This document shows positions 35,910 to 48,360 of a stretch of 55,448 nucleotides of DNA, piece after piece. The DNA comes from Octopus sinensis (Eukaryota), in NCBI RefSeq assembly GCF_006345805.1, contig NW_021833686.1, positions 1 through 55,448 of the forward strand. The letters run 5' to 3'. How positions within the stretch are numbered: the stretch's first letter is position 1; every line of letters begins with the position of its first letter. Both the position numbers and the translations under genes were made by a program. The notes under the pieces are model-generated. The model did not search any database. It saw nothing but the letters and a program-made list of their open reading frames with translations, and was not told the origin of the DNA.

Positions 35910-36985
35910 ACGTGCTGGTCCCCTTACATTTTTTTCGATGATTTGCCGTCCCCTGTAAAATGCAGGATTATCAATGGAATTTTACATGCTAGTCCCCTTA
36001 CAGTTTTTTTCGATGATTTGCCGTCCCCTGTAAAATGCAGGATTATCAACATGGAAATTTTACATGCTAGTCCCTTACAGTTTTTTTCGATGATTTGCCG
36101 TCCCCTGTAAAATGCAGGATTATCAACATGGAAATTTTAATGCTAGTCCCCTTACAGTTTTTTCGATGATTTGCCGTCCCCTGTAAAATGCAGGATATCA
36201 ACATGGAAATTTTACATGCTAAGTCCCCTTACAGTTTTTTCGATGATTTGCCGTCCCCTGTAAAATGCAAGATTATCAACATGGAAATTTTACATGCTAG
36301 TCCCCTTACAGTTTTTTTCGATGATTTGCCGTCCCCTGTAAAATGCAGGATTATCAACATGGAAATTTTACATGCTGGTCCCCTACATTTTTTTTCATGA
36401 TTTGCCGTCCCCTGTAAAATGCAGGATTATCAACATGGAAATTTTACATGCTAGTCCCCTTACAGTTTTTTTCGATGATTTGCCGTCCCCTGTAAAATGC
36501 AGGATTATCAACATGGAAATTTTACATGCTGGTCCCCCTTACAGTTTTTTTCGATGATTTGCCGTCCCCTGTAAAATGCAGGATTATCAACATGGAAATT
36601 TTACATGCTAGTCCCCTTACAGTTTTTTTCGATGATTTGTGCCGTCCCCTGTAAAATGCAGGATTATCAACATGGAAATTTTACATGCTAGTCCCCTTAC
36701 AGTTTTTTTCGATGATTTGCCGTCCCCTGTAAAACAAGATTATCAACATGGAAATTTTACATGCTGGTCCCCTTACAGTTTTTTTCGATGATTGCCGTCC
36801 CCTGTAAAATGCAGGATTATCAACATGGAAATTTTACATGCTAGTCCCCTTACAGTTTTTTTCGATGATTTGCCGTCCCCTGTAAAATGCAGGATTATCA
36901 ACATGGAAATTTTACATGCTGGTCCCCCTTACAGTTTTTTTCGATGATTTGCCGTCCCCTGTAAAATGCAGGATTATCAGCATGG
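35910..36985. repeat. About 78-bp minisatellite, about 14 copies, in the last ESD-A intron
   Basis: Unit TGCTAGTCCCCTTACAGTTTTTTTCGATGATTTGCCGTCCCCTGTAAAATGCAGGATTATCAACATGGAAATTTTACA. Confidence 0.95.
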
Positions 36986-37183
36986 AAAAAAATTACATAC
37001 ACTCGTGTACCGTAATTTCTGGACTATGAACCACAGTGCCCATAGATCTACAACCCCCGAAAACCATAAGTTAATCCAGGAAATGCCCTATTGGGATACA
37101 ATAAATGCACTTCAAAATATGGGGAATCGGTTGGTTATAAGACAACAATGTTCCTGCCTCAAATGTCCATCTTCTATTTTCAG

Positions 37184-37261
37184 GGCTACGACCACAGTTA
37201 CTACTTCATCGCATCTTTTATTGGTGACCACATTAAGCATCACGCTAAATATCTGAATTAA
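37184..37261 (+). CDS. ESD: ESD-A last coding exon, [25 protein letters not shown] (catalytic His)
   Basis: ttttcAG acceptor, GYDHSYYFI motif, TAA at 37259-61. Confidence 0.96.
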   Translation, partial: GYDHSYYFIASFIGDHIKHHAKYLN

Positions 37262-37311
37262 GGAAGCAGCTGCTGATATATAGACCGTTTTTTTCCTGCC
37301 GGTTGAAGTTT

Positions 37312-37995
37312 TCAGAAGAAATAACAGATTTATGTTTGGTATTTTTATAGCTAATTAAAATATGTGGTGCTAATCAATACCTCGTTATCAATTTTCTTTC
37401 CCTGCTTAATGCAGCATTTAAATAAAAAACGTAAACTTGTATTCCCAGAGTAGATCCATCACAAGCAAAAGCTTGTCCTAATTATTTTCATAAGTTTGTC
37501 CTAAATCCCCCAGACCTTTTAGTTGGCCGTTATTTTGCTTGTATTGAGTAATAGAAATATTTTCTTTGAGTAATATAAATATTTCCCTAACCCTAATTTC
37601 CTTTCAGAAGTCTTAAGTTACCCTGGTATTTCAGAAGAAATAACAGATTTATGTTTGGTATTTTTGTAGCTAATTAAAATATCCGGTGCTAATCAATACC
37701 TCGTTATCAATTTTCTTTTCCTGCTTAATGCAGCATTTAAATAAAAAACATAAACTTGTATTTGTATTCCAGAGTAGATCCTTCACAAGAAAAAAGCTTG
37801 TCCTAATCATTTTCATAAGTTTGTCCTAAATCCCCAGACCTTTTAGTTGGCCCTTGTTTTGTTTGTATTGAGTAATATAAATATTTCCCTAACCCTAAAT
37901 TCCTTTCAGAAGTCTTAAGTTACTCTGGTATTTCAGAAGAAATAACAGATTTAGTTTGGTATTTTTATAGCTAATTAAAATATCTGGTGCTAATC
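37312..37995 (+). repeat. About 310-bp tandem repeat (2 full + 1 partial) just after the ESD-A stop; full units contain AATAAA
   Basis: TTCAGAAGAAATAACAGATTTA recurs at about 37312, 37631 and 37933. AATAAA at about 37420 and 37740. Confidence 0.85.
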
Positions 37996-38439
37996 AATAA
38001 TGATTTCTATACTTCCAGAGGTCTACTGATGCTGGTGTGTTTACGTCCCCGTAACTTAGCACTTCAGCAAAAGAGACTGATAGAATAAGTACTAGGCTTA
38101 CAAAGAATGTCTTGGGGTCGATTTGCTCGACTAAAGGCAGTGCTCCAGCATGGCCACAGTCACATGGCTGAAACAAGTAAAAGAGTAAATAGAAGAAAGG
38201 GAATAATCATACAAAGATTCTGAATAATTTGATAATTAAAAGAAATTATTAATTAAATGTTTTATGTTGGTAAATGAAAGATTATAAAAAATAACAGAAA
38301 GATAAAAACATCTGAGTTCTGAAATAGAAATACATGATATATAATATATTATAATAATTTTAATACATTATAATAATTTTAATATGGGTGGACACTCAGC
38401 TTAGCAGTAGGTCTTAAAAGGACCTGTTTGGAAAAAAAT

Positions 38440-39620
38440 ACATGGTGTCAGAAGGATATAGCACAAGGCTGACAGAGGCGGGAAGTGATGAAATGGAGGA
38501 GTAAAAAGGGTTATGTCTATTTGGGGCACGCAGTGGAGATGGATTGAGATGTGGATGTTGAAATCTTAAAGATAATAAGGGTAGGATGGAAGGTGTTTAA
38601 CTTAATAAGGATGTACTCCAAACAAAGGTAGACAATGCCATAAGGGCCAGACTCTTTAATAGCATCATCGTACCTGTGCTCCTATAGGCGCGGAGTGGCT
38701 GTGTGGTAAGTAGCTTGCTAACCAACCACATGGTTCCAGGTTCAGTCCCACTGCATGGCATCTTGGGCTAGTGTCTTCTGCTATAGCCCCGGGCCGACCA
38801 ATGCCTTGTGAGTGGATTTGGTAGACGGAAACTGAAAGAAGCCCATCGTATATATTTGTATAAATATATATATATATATTTATATACCGACCACATGGTT
38901 CTGGGTTCAGTCCCACTGCGTGGCATCTTGGGCAAGTGTCTTCTACTATAGCCCCAGGCCGACCAAAGCCTTGTAAGTGGATTTGGTGGACGGAAACTGA
39001 AAGAAGCCTGTCGTATATATGTATGTATATGTGTGTGTGTGTATGTCTGTTTGTCCCCCTAGCATTGCTTGACAACCGATGCTGGTGTGTTTACGTCACC
39101 GTCACTTAGCGGTTCGGCAAAAGAGACCGATAGAATAAGTACTGGGCTTACAAAAAGAATAAGTCCCGGGGTCAATTTTCTCGACTAAAGGCAGTGCTCC
39201 AGCATGGCCGCAGTCAAATGACTGAAACTAGTAAAAGAAAAAAAGAAAAGAATATGTAGGTGAGACATGGGGCTACTACGAAGAGGAGAGGACATCGATT
39301 GTCTACGACGCAAAGGGCCATGGGAATATCCGTGCTAGGAATATCATTAAGGGAGCACATTCGGAAAGAGATCATTCGAGAACGGAGCAGAGTGAACGAT
39401 GTGATGGCAGAGTACCGAAGGAACAAGTTCCATTGAGCTGGATATGTCGCAAGGTTCACAGACAACAGGTGGAGCTGTGCAGTTGCTGTGTGGTAGCCAA
39501 GAGATTGGAAAAGCCGCTTGAAAAGCTTCCACGACGATGGGAAGACAATTTTGGTCCAGATGGAAAAGAATGGCCCTCAAGACAAAATTGGAAGCGTATT
39601 GTGACCAGAGGTATAGACCC
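38440..39620 (+). mobile_element. Degenerate RTE-clade LINE RT C-terminus, interrupted by SINEs at about 38683-39250
   Basis: YVYLG...EI...GW..F...LFNSIIVPVL, then GETW...TQRAM...LGISLREHIR...AGYVARFTDNRW...PRRWED. Confidence 0.8.
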
Positions 39621-40276
39621 TACCTTCACCTGCCCTTGCCCCATCACCAAAAAAAAAATATCAAAGTGTTGAGCTCAACAAGGTTTGAACCTGGAAATTA
39701 AGATATGTAAGTCAATACAGCAAATACATATTGTGCACGTGACTGTACTGATTCAGTGGACCGTGGCCATGCTGGGGCACCAGTCGGTGCTTAACATTAT
39801 TTACATCTTTTCAGATCTTGTTTAGGGAGTCTTTGAAGTTACATTTTGTCACCGAGGGACACAACTCAATACACATGAAAACATTAACATAGACACATAT
39901 ATATATATACACCTCCCAACACACACACACACACCACACACCACACACACACACAAATAATATTATATATATATATACGATCAGTAGCGACACCTGCAAG
40001 TCTGACTACGCTGCATTGATAAGGGGCAACAACCCTAAACGTCTGTAGCTGTCTGACTGGCAGGATGAAGCGGCTGACCTCCCTTGTTCGAAGGGTTGTA
40101 ATGGACGCAGGTTCGTGTGTCAAATAGCTAGCTTGAGGCGATGGCCTCTTGGAGCTAATCAGCGACAGCTTTAGTCTTATATTTATAAGACTGCCATATT
40201 AGTATGGCGATAACTATTAATTTCCAGTAACGCTGCCATAATCTCCTTTAGAGAGACTTTGTAATTTTAATATTTC

Positions 40277-40316
<40 letters not shown>

Positions 40317-40398
40317 CACACACACACACAGATACACACACATGCACATACACACGAATATATATATATTATGTGAACAAAATTATTAGAAATCATGG

Positions 40399-40664
40399 TT
40401 ACAGCGTAGTTTCAATGGATTGTTTTGGCACAGGTTCAGTTGGTTTTTTGCGGCACGAACAGCAGGCAGCCATACGTTTGACGAGCCTGGAAATGTAGGA
40501 ATTATAAGCTGGACAAAATGGTACGTAAACAGGCCAATTCCACCTGTCAACCAGTTTCTGTATTGGTCGTGGGAATGAGTACGTATCAAAGGATTCGGAA
40601 GTGTTTTCAGCTTTGCTGTCAACAATATTGTCCCATTTGATAATTCCACGTTCTTCAGGTGTTC
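40399..40664 (-). CDS. SLC23: SLC23 last coding exon, TPEERGIIKW...VPFCPAY...IETTL*
   Basis: tttcAG acceptor, GT.EERG..W motif, TAA at 40399-401. Confidence 0.93.
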
Positions 40665-41299
40665 CTGAAATTAAATGTTTAACAATAATTAGAATTATGC
40701 TATAATGTTTTAACAATCAGGTTCTTGCATTAACGAGGATAGAATATGTTCTAAGAATAATTCATCATCATCATCATCATCATCATCGTTTAACGTCCGT
40801 TCTCCATGCTAGCATGGGTTGGACGGTTCGACCGGGGATCTGGGAAGCTAGAAGGCTGCACCAGGCTCCGGTCTTATCTGGCAATGTTTCTACAACTTGA
40901 TGCCCTTCCTAACGCCAACCACTCCGCGAGTGTAGTCCACTCCGCGAGTGTAGTTATACATACATAATCGTGACACTCCGTCGGTTACGACGACGAGGGT
41001 CCCAGTTGATCCGATCAACGGAACAGCCTGCTCGTGAAATTAAAGTGAAAGTGGCTGAGCACTCCACAGACACGTGTACTCCTAACGTAGTTCTCGGGGA
41101 GATTCAGCGTGACACAGAGTGTGACAAGGCTGGCCCTTTGAAATACAGGTACAACAGAAACAGGAAGTAAGAGTGAGAGAAAGTTGTGGTGAAAGAGTAC
41201 AGCAGGGATCACCACCATCCCCTGCCAGAGCCTCGTGGAGCTTTAGGTTTTTTTGCTCAATAAACACTCACAACGCCTGTCTGAGAATCGAAACCGCGA

Positions 41300-41690
41300 C
41301 ACTCAAGTCCTCTTGGACTGAGGTAATCAGCTCAAACATTTCCCTGCTGTTACCAATGCCTCTCTCCCTCTGTTCGTTATTGAGCACTCTAGGAACAAAC
41401 TTTGCAGAAATTTTGCACATGCTCAGATCTTCTTGAATAATTCTGTGCACAGTTGTCACACAAACTCCAAACTGTATGCTTAAAGACATTGTAGAGACGT
41501 GATGGCCTTCATCCAGAGAATTGCGAATTTTCTCAACCAACTCTGATATTCTGGAACCCTTCTCCCTCCCACATCACTCATCATCTCTCATCTCCTCTCT
41601 ACATTGCTTGAACCTTTTGTGCCAGCAAAAAGCAGATGCTCGGCTCATACAGTGAATCCATAAGCAGCTTGGGGCACTTTATAGTGTAGC
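41300..41690 (-). mobile_element. Degenerate mariner transposase N-terminal HTH fragment
   Basis: MSRASAFCWHKRFK and TTVHRIIQEDLSMCKISAKFVPRVL (WVPREL-like), with stops and frameshifts. Confidence 0.85.
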
Positions 41691-41702
41691 AGACTCTCTC
41701 TC

Positions 41703-42646
41703 TGTTATATATACACGAATACGGACGTAGTAGATAACAGCTAGCCTTCGGTCGCCCTTTTGCACCCTATGTGTCCACTACTCTGATTGGTTGGTATTGG
41801 CGCACTTTTGTCTCTGCTCTATTACGCACCAATGTGAAACCCAACCAGTCACACACCTTCTGATAAGGTCACGAGAGACAGTCTCTTCCAATATCCGGTG
41901 AGCTGATAGAATGGTATAAAACGGTAGCTTCAACACCGTCTCGAAGTCAGTCGGTTCCAGGCCTTTTTAGGTCTAGCCACTGACCACACAGGACATAACC
42001 AGTTCCAGCGACAACACACCAGCAGCCACATTGAGACTCAACTTCATCCAGCAGTATTCAGGACCTCCATATCTGTCGCCAGCATTCGTCCTAACTTCAT
42101 CTGTCTACGTACACAGCAACCAGCAAACCTTGCACAGGTTCTATCTCAACACTGTTTGTGAATTACTTCACCATGGTTTAACAACAAACACAACCTGTGA
42201 GAACTTCCTGTATCAAGCGACCAGCAGCAGCATAGTAGCCACAACATCTTATATGACACGTGCCTCAACCGGTTCTGCATTGTAGCCTCAACTTCTTGTT
42301 ACAGCACTTCAACTATCGTGTACCTTTGACTACGAACTGGTATTTATCTTCCTTGTGTCTGAACATTCTTCCAACGTCCTATTATAGACTCTTTCTATAC
42401 TCTGTACTTAAAGCACACATTTACACTTTGTACACATGATGGCCTTTTTATTATTATGTATATGTGACACACAGACACACATGTTACATATAAATAAAAT
42501 CTTCTTTTAAACATTCTACCCGGTTGTGTCTCTCTTTTCCTTCTGGCACTTGTACTCATTCATATTTTTCGAATTATTGTAATCAGCCATGCGTGTAGTA
42601 AAAAGGGCCATCCTCGTACCTCTCTCCTTCGCACGGTCGTTTACAA
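41703..42646 (+). mobile_element. LTR-like element (possible solo LTR); related pieces at 16460-16610 and 17830-18110
   Basis: TG...CA ends, CCAAT, TATAAAA (about 41915) and AATAAA (about 42492). Sequence recurs in the ESD spacer. No TSD recognised. Confidence 0.4.
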
Positions 42647-43569
42647 TAGGTTTCTGTAGTGTTTTGGCCCACTTTAACACAAGATTTTATTGCGCAGTGA
42701 GCCCCTATTATCTGTTATCTGTGACTAGCAGTGTTTAGTAGAGTGTGTCAAAAGTGCTGTTTGAGCTGTCTCCTTCAATCTGGTATAAAAAAGCTCTTTA
42801 GTAGGTCAGCTTGTTAGATGTACCATAATGAGATACTAAAATTACAATAATCTAGAACTAGTACTGGATTAATCATTAAGTGAAATAAGCGCGTGCTTTC
42901 GGCATCAAGAGAAGGAGGGGGCATCACAGAATGGTAAATGGTTTATGGCACAAAAAATCACTTTTAATTGCTAAATAATATACGAGATGTCTTTATCTCT
43001 ACTAATATAGATGCAGATGTGTTACTTAAGATTGGAAGCACTCCGTCGGTTACGACGATGAGGGCTCCGTTGATCCGAATCAATGGAATCCTGCTCGTGA
43101 AATTAACGTGTAAGTGGCTGAGCACTCCACAGACACGTGTACCCTTAACGTAGTTTCAGGGCTATTCAGCGTGACACAGAGAGTGACAAGGCGGCCCTTT
43201 TGAAATACATGTACAACAGAAACAGGAAGTAAGAGTGAGAGAAAGTTGTGGTGAAAGAGTACAGCAGGGATCACCACAATCCCCTGCCGGAGCCTCGTGG
43301 AGCTTAGGTGTTTTCGCTCAATAAACACTCACAACGCCCGGTCTGGGAATTGAAACCGCGATCCTATGACCGCGAGTCCGCTGCCCTAACCACTGGGCCA
43401 TTGCGCCTCCACACTTAAGATTACTGTACAAACCAACAGCAACAGCACGGACAATGCTAAGATTACAAATGAAAAGGGGACACCAATTTGGAGACACGAA
43501 ACTAAATGAAAAGGGGACACCAGTTTGAAGGCACAAAACTAAATGAAGGAATTAAAAGAACATTCTTAC

Positions 43570-43665
43570 CTGGGATTGTGTTGTCTAAAACAAACCCAAT
43601 AAAACCTCCGACAAACATATTGGAACCCAGTAGAACTCCAAGAACTTGGTCCAGTTCAGCATTTC
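43570..43665 (-). CDS. SLC23: SLC23 exon, [32 protein letters not shown]
   Basis: DQVL..LL...MFVGG...F.LDNTIPG motif. 96 nt, AG/GTAAGA boundaries. Confidence 0.95.
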
Positions 43666-44434
43666 CTGAGAAAATAAGAATTTCAGAACTGAAATCTGTT
43701 AATCTTTGGATGATGGATTTTGGTAAAATTGATAATCTGAGGTTTAATATAATTAAGGGGCTGGAATATGTTAACTAGATATATATATGGAATATGAGAG
43801 AGTGAGTGAAAGAGAGAGAGAGAAAGAGAGAGAGGGAGCGAGGGGAGAGAGGGAGCGAGGGGAGAGAGGGAGAGAGAGACAGAGAGAGAGAGAGAGACTG
43901 ATAGGCAGACTGGTAAACAGTCAGACAGATACATAGGTATATAGATAGATAGATAGATAAGTTTCTTTATTGGCCACACAGGGCTGCACACAGATGGGAC
44001 AAATTACAAGGTAGAGCTTTTCTTTTGGGGGATGAAAAAAAAAGTGGCGTAGGTTTTCGATCAAAAGGGATCGTAAAAGGGAAAAAAGAACAAAAAGAAA
44101 GAAAAAAGAAAAAAGGAAAAAAAAAGAAAAAAGGGAAAAGGAACAAAAGAAAAGAAAAAAGAAAAAAGAGGAAAAAAGGGGGAAGAGGAAAAAAACGATC
44201 AATAGGGATCGTGTATCACAGTGTCATGATGTACGGTGTAAAGGGGGAAGCAGATAAGGTTTATCAGTGGGAAGAAAAGCCTACGAAAAAGACCACGGTA
44301 ACCTCGGTCAATATTGTTATATGTTACCACATTTGTTTGCAAGTGGGTAACCCTCTGTTTTCAATTTCTGGGTTCATAGGATTATTGATAGATAGGTAGG
44401 TAGATATATAGATAGATAGATAGATAGATAGATT

Positions 44435-44505
<71 letters not shown>

Positions 44506-44705
44506 TGATAGATGCATATATATACACACATACATACATACATATATGCATACATACATACATACATACATGGATAGATAGGTAAGTATGCATACATTGT
44601 TGACAGGTGTGTAAGATCTACCAGTATTTGGTGTCTCACCTGCATTAATGCAACATCTACCTGTATAAATGCATAATCACACCTGTTTTGATGCAATTTT
44701 CTCAC

Positions 44706-44849
44706 CTGTATTAATGTCAGCTTGATTTGCCTGAATCCATAAGGGCAGAGATAATCCAACAAACAAGGAGACTCCAAGAATCATCAAATTCCGGGAAGAT
44801 TCTAAATTAATGTGTTGTAAATTGGAAAGACCGACAGCAGCTACCATTC
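44706..44849 (-). CDS. SLC23: SLC23 exon, MVAAVGLSNLQHINLESSRNLMILGVSLFVGLSLPLWIQANQADINTG
   Basis: VGLSNLQ and SSRNL motifs. 144 nt, AG/GT boundaries. Confidence 0.95.
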
Positions 44850-45288
44850 CTGTGGAAGAAACACACATATATATATACATATATACTAGCAGTATCGCCC
44901 GGCGTTGCTCGAGTTTGTAAGGGAAATAACTATATAAGCATTTTTAGAGAGTTATAGCCAAAAAATAGCAAAAAATGCATTAAAAATGGAAAAAAAATGA
45001 TGGTTAATTATTTTTTAAATCGTTGACTCATCGTAGACATTTTTAGAGAGTTACTTCCCTTATATAAACAGAGCCAAAAATGCATTAAAATGGAAAAAAA
45101 ATGATGGTAAATTATTTTTAAAATCGTAGACTCATCATAGACGCGCGCTAATGCCCAGATGGGCTCGATATGAATCACGACTATAAGATACCCGGTTTTG
45201 GTTAAACTGCACCGCAAAATGTGGGAGTAGTTAGGAATCTAAATCGTAGGAGACAGACACACAACTTCACTTTTATATATAAAGATAT

Positions 45289-45511
45289 ATACAAATATGA
45301 GAGAGAATCCACTATGTGGACGCTCTTACGCTAGAGATAGATTCGCAAGGGTTTGAACCACTAAGAATTGTTCTCGAGAAAAATTTAGTACACTAAGAAC
45401 GTAAGCGTGCTAAATTTTTCTTGAGAACAATTCTTAGTGGTTGAGACCCTTGCGGATCTATCTCTAGCGTAAGAGCGTCCACCTTGTGGATTCTCTCTCA
45501 TATTTGTGTAT
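45289..45511. repeat. About 220-bp near-perfect foldback
   Basis: GGACGCTCTTACGCTAGAGATAGAT pairs with ATCTATCTCTAGCGTAAGAGCGTCC. Confidence 0.85.
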
Positions 45512-45995
45512 TGATAATATTTACTGAATCTCAGTTTTTTATGCGCTAGGCCACTGGTGTTTAAATTGATGTTATTGAATTAATATCCAATTTTTTCACC
45601 CTCATTTTGACTTTAATTATATATATATATAATTATATATAGTTCATTGCTAAACCTCGCTAAGATAAATATTTCAATTAACCTGAAGATTGACTGTAAC
45701 CATAACTCGAATTATTACGAATTGTACAGCCATGAAACGATTGTAGTGTTTTACTCTTTATCTTTTATTAAACTTTTAATACTTTTGATATATATTTAAA
45801 ATAAAATAGATTAATTAATTTTATGTATTGGCTTATGTTTTTCATTGTTTGATTTGCCTAATAGTGGTTTTATCTCTAATATAATATCATATAATATAAT
45901 ATAATATATTTTACTATAAAATTGGATTTAATCCTAAATCTGAATTTTCCCTGTAAGTTTGGATTTATTCCCTAATATTATTATATATATATATT

Positions 45996-46040
<45 letters not shown>

Positions 46041-47154
46041 ACTATATCGATTACCTTTTTATTTTTTTATTTGTTCCAGTCAGTAGACTGTGGCCGTGCT
46101 GGGGCACTGCTTTGTTTGTAGAATTTTAGTTAAACGAATTGACCAAGGTACTTATCATCGATTTTCTTTTCCTGTTAGTCACATATGCCGGACCATTAAT
46201 TTACGGCAGTGGAATACACACACCACACACAAATAATACATAAAAAAATACATATATATGCATATATACATACGTATATGTACATACATCAATACGTATA
46301 TATATATATAATAATTTAATAAATAAAATATATGCATACATACATACCTATATGTACGTACCTACATCTACATGTATATATACATGCATATATATATATA
46401 TAAATATATGAGTACAGGACACCACAAATAAACGTAGAACTCAATGAGAAACGAAAACATAAAACCAAACTAGGAAACGGACTTTTTTTAACAACGAAGA
46501 AACAGAGTACAAGACAAACAATACAAGGAATATTCCCCTTCATCAGCTGTCCCTGGTTCGACTCAATGCGTGTTTCGAAGGTAAGAACAGAACTGTTATA
46601 ACGATAAATGCTGGTCTATAATTTTTTCAAGGTGTTTTCATAAAGGCTGTTGAACTCAACTGAAATTAGTAGTGGCAGAATTAATTCATTAAGGCTCCAT
46701 ACATGGTGAGTTGTTGTTTGTTCATTCCCAAGCCATGCTCGGCTCATAAGGGCCGGTTTCCCGGTTTCTTGGCGTATAGGTTCCCCACCTGGACGGGACG
46801 TCGGTCCGTCGCAGGTGAACTGCAAGATGCAGGAGGAAAGAGTGAGAGAAAGTCGTGGCGAAAGAGTCAGCAGAAGTTCGGCATTACCCTCTGCCGGAGC
46901 CGCGTGGAGCTTAGGTGTTTCGCTCATAAACACACACACATCGTCCGGTCTGAGATTCGAACCCGCGATTCCTCGACCTCGAGTCCGCTGCTCTAACCAC
47001 TAGGCCATGTGCCTCCACCATACACGGTGAGGGAAGGAGATAAAGTAGAAGACAAAAGGAGGAAGGAGTGGAGAGAAATGTGGAGACTGTGATGACATGG
47101 TATGTCAAGAGTTATCACATCATAATATTGACCAGACATCAAATGCTGTTATGG

Positions 47155-48360
47155 ATGGAAGCACTCCGTCGGTTACTACGATGAGGGTTCCGGTTGATCC
47201 GAATCAACGGAACAGCCTGCTCGTGGAATTAACGTGTAAGTGGCTGAGCACTCCACAGACACGTGCACCCTTAACGTAGTTCTCGGGGATATTCAGCGTA
47301 ACACAGAGAGTGACAAGGCCGGCCCCTTGAAATACAGGTACAACAGAAACAGGAAGTAAGAGTGAGAGAAAGTTGTGGTGAAAGAGTACAGCAGGGATCA
47401 CCACCATCCCCTGTCGGAGCCTCGTGGAGCTTTTAGGTGTTTTCGCTCAATAAACACTCACAACGCCCGGTCTGGGAATCGAAACCGCGAGTCCGCTGCC
47501 CTAACCACTGGGCCATTGCGCTGTTATACACCACAGGTCATTGTGTTCCGAATTCTGTCTTGATTGCTCCATTCATTCTATCTTGACCCAAATCGTCAAG
47601 AGTTATAGATATATTCAAACCGCAACTGACCTCAGTGAACATAAAAAAATAATATACGTAAGTTTTATGTCATTTAAAGCAGGAGTGACAGATTTTAGGT
47701 CAGAACGATTAAATTGACTGACAGGTAATGTCAAGGACGATATAAAATAAATGGACAGAAATCAGACAAATTTTCAGGTTTTAATTAGAAAGGCTTCAAA
47801 AAGAAAATCAAATAGAACTGTTAATGAGTAACAAGATAAAACCTGCACTGATAAAATAATTTTTAAAATAATTGAATTTGATTAGACACTAGGAAAACCT
47901 GATGGAATTATGTGTAGCATAATTTCCTTAAATTGAGAGAGGCTTATGTAATCCTGTTTGAATATTCTCCAAATAGTGGAGGCGCAATGGCCCAGTGGTT
48001 AGGGCAGCGGACTCGCGGTCGTAGGAGCGCGGTTTCGATTCCTAGACCGGGCGTTGTGAGTGTTTATTGAGCGAAAACACCTAAAAGCTCCACGAGGCTC
48101 CGGCAGCGGATGGTGGTGATCCCTGCTGTACTCTTTCACCACAACTTTCTCTCACTCTTACTTCCTGTTTCTGTTGTACCTGTATTTCAAAGGGCCAGCC
48201 TTGTCACTCTCTGTGTCACGCTGAATATCCCCGAGAACTACGTTAAGGGTACATGTGTCTGTGGAGTGCTCAGCCACTTACACGTTAATTTCACGAGCAG
48301 GCTCTTCCGTTGATCGGATCAACCGGAACCCTCGTCGTCGTAACCGACGGAGTGCTTCCA
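47155..48360. mobile_element. Head-to-head inverted pair of about 370-bp tRNA(Arg)-like SINEs (47155-47520 minus, 47975-48360 plus); copies at 3925, 40975, 43035, 46700, 54090
   Basis: Head GGAGGCGCAATGGCCCAGTGGTTAGGGCAGCGGACTCGCGG...GGTTTCGATTCC followed by a shared body. Confidence 0.88.

Noticed and set aside
35910-36985. Regularly spaced repeats with an internal palindrome resembling a CRISPR array
   Set aside because: Units are contiguous with no unique spacers, there are no cas genes, and the context is a eukaryotic intron.
44025-44399. Lys/Arg-rich 124-aa ORF and its Phe-rich antisense ORF
   Set aside because: A/G-rich low-complexity tract in an SLC23 intron.
46520-46585. Minus-strand GAAAC...GTC...CTGATGA arrangement (type-II hammerhead-like)
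   Set aside because: Stem I cannot form and the stem II closing pair is mismatched. At most a scrambled relic.
47975-48055. tRNA-like A/B-box sequences (also 11176, 32041, 51698)
   Set aside because: These are SINE heads: no complete cloverleaf, and each continues into a SINE body.
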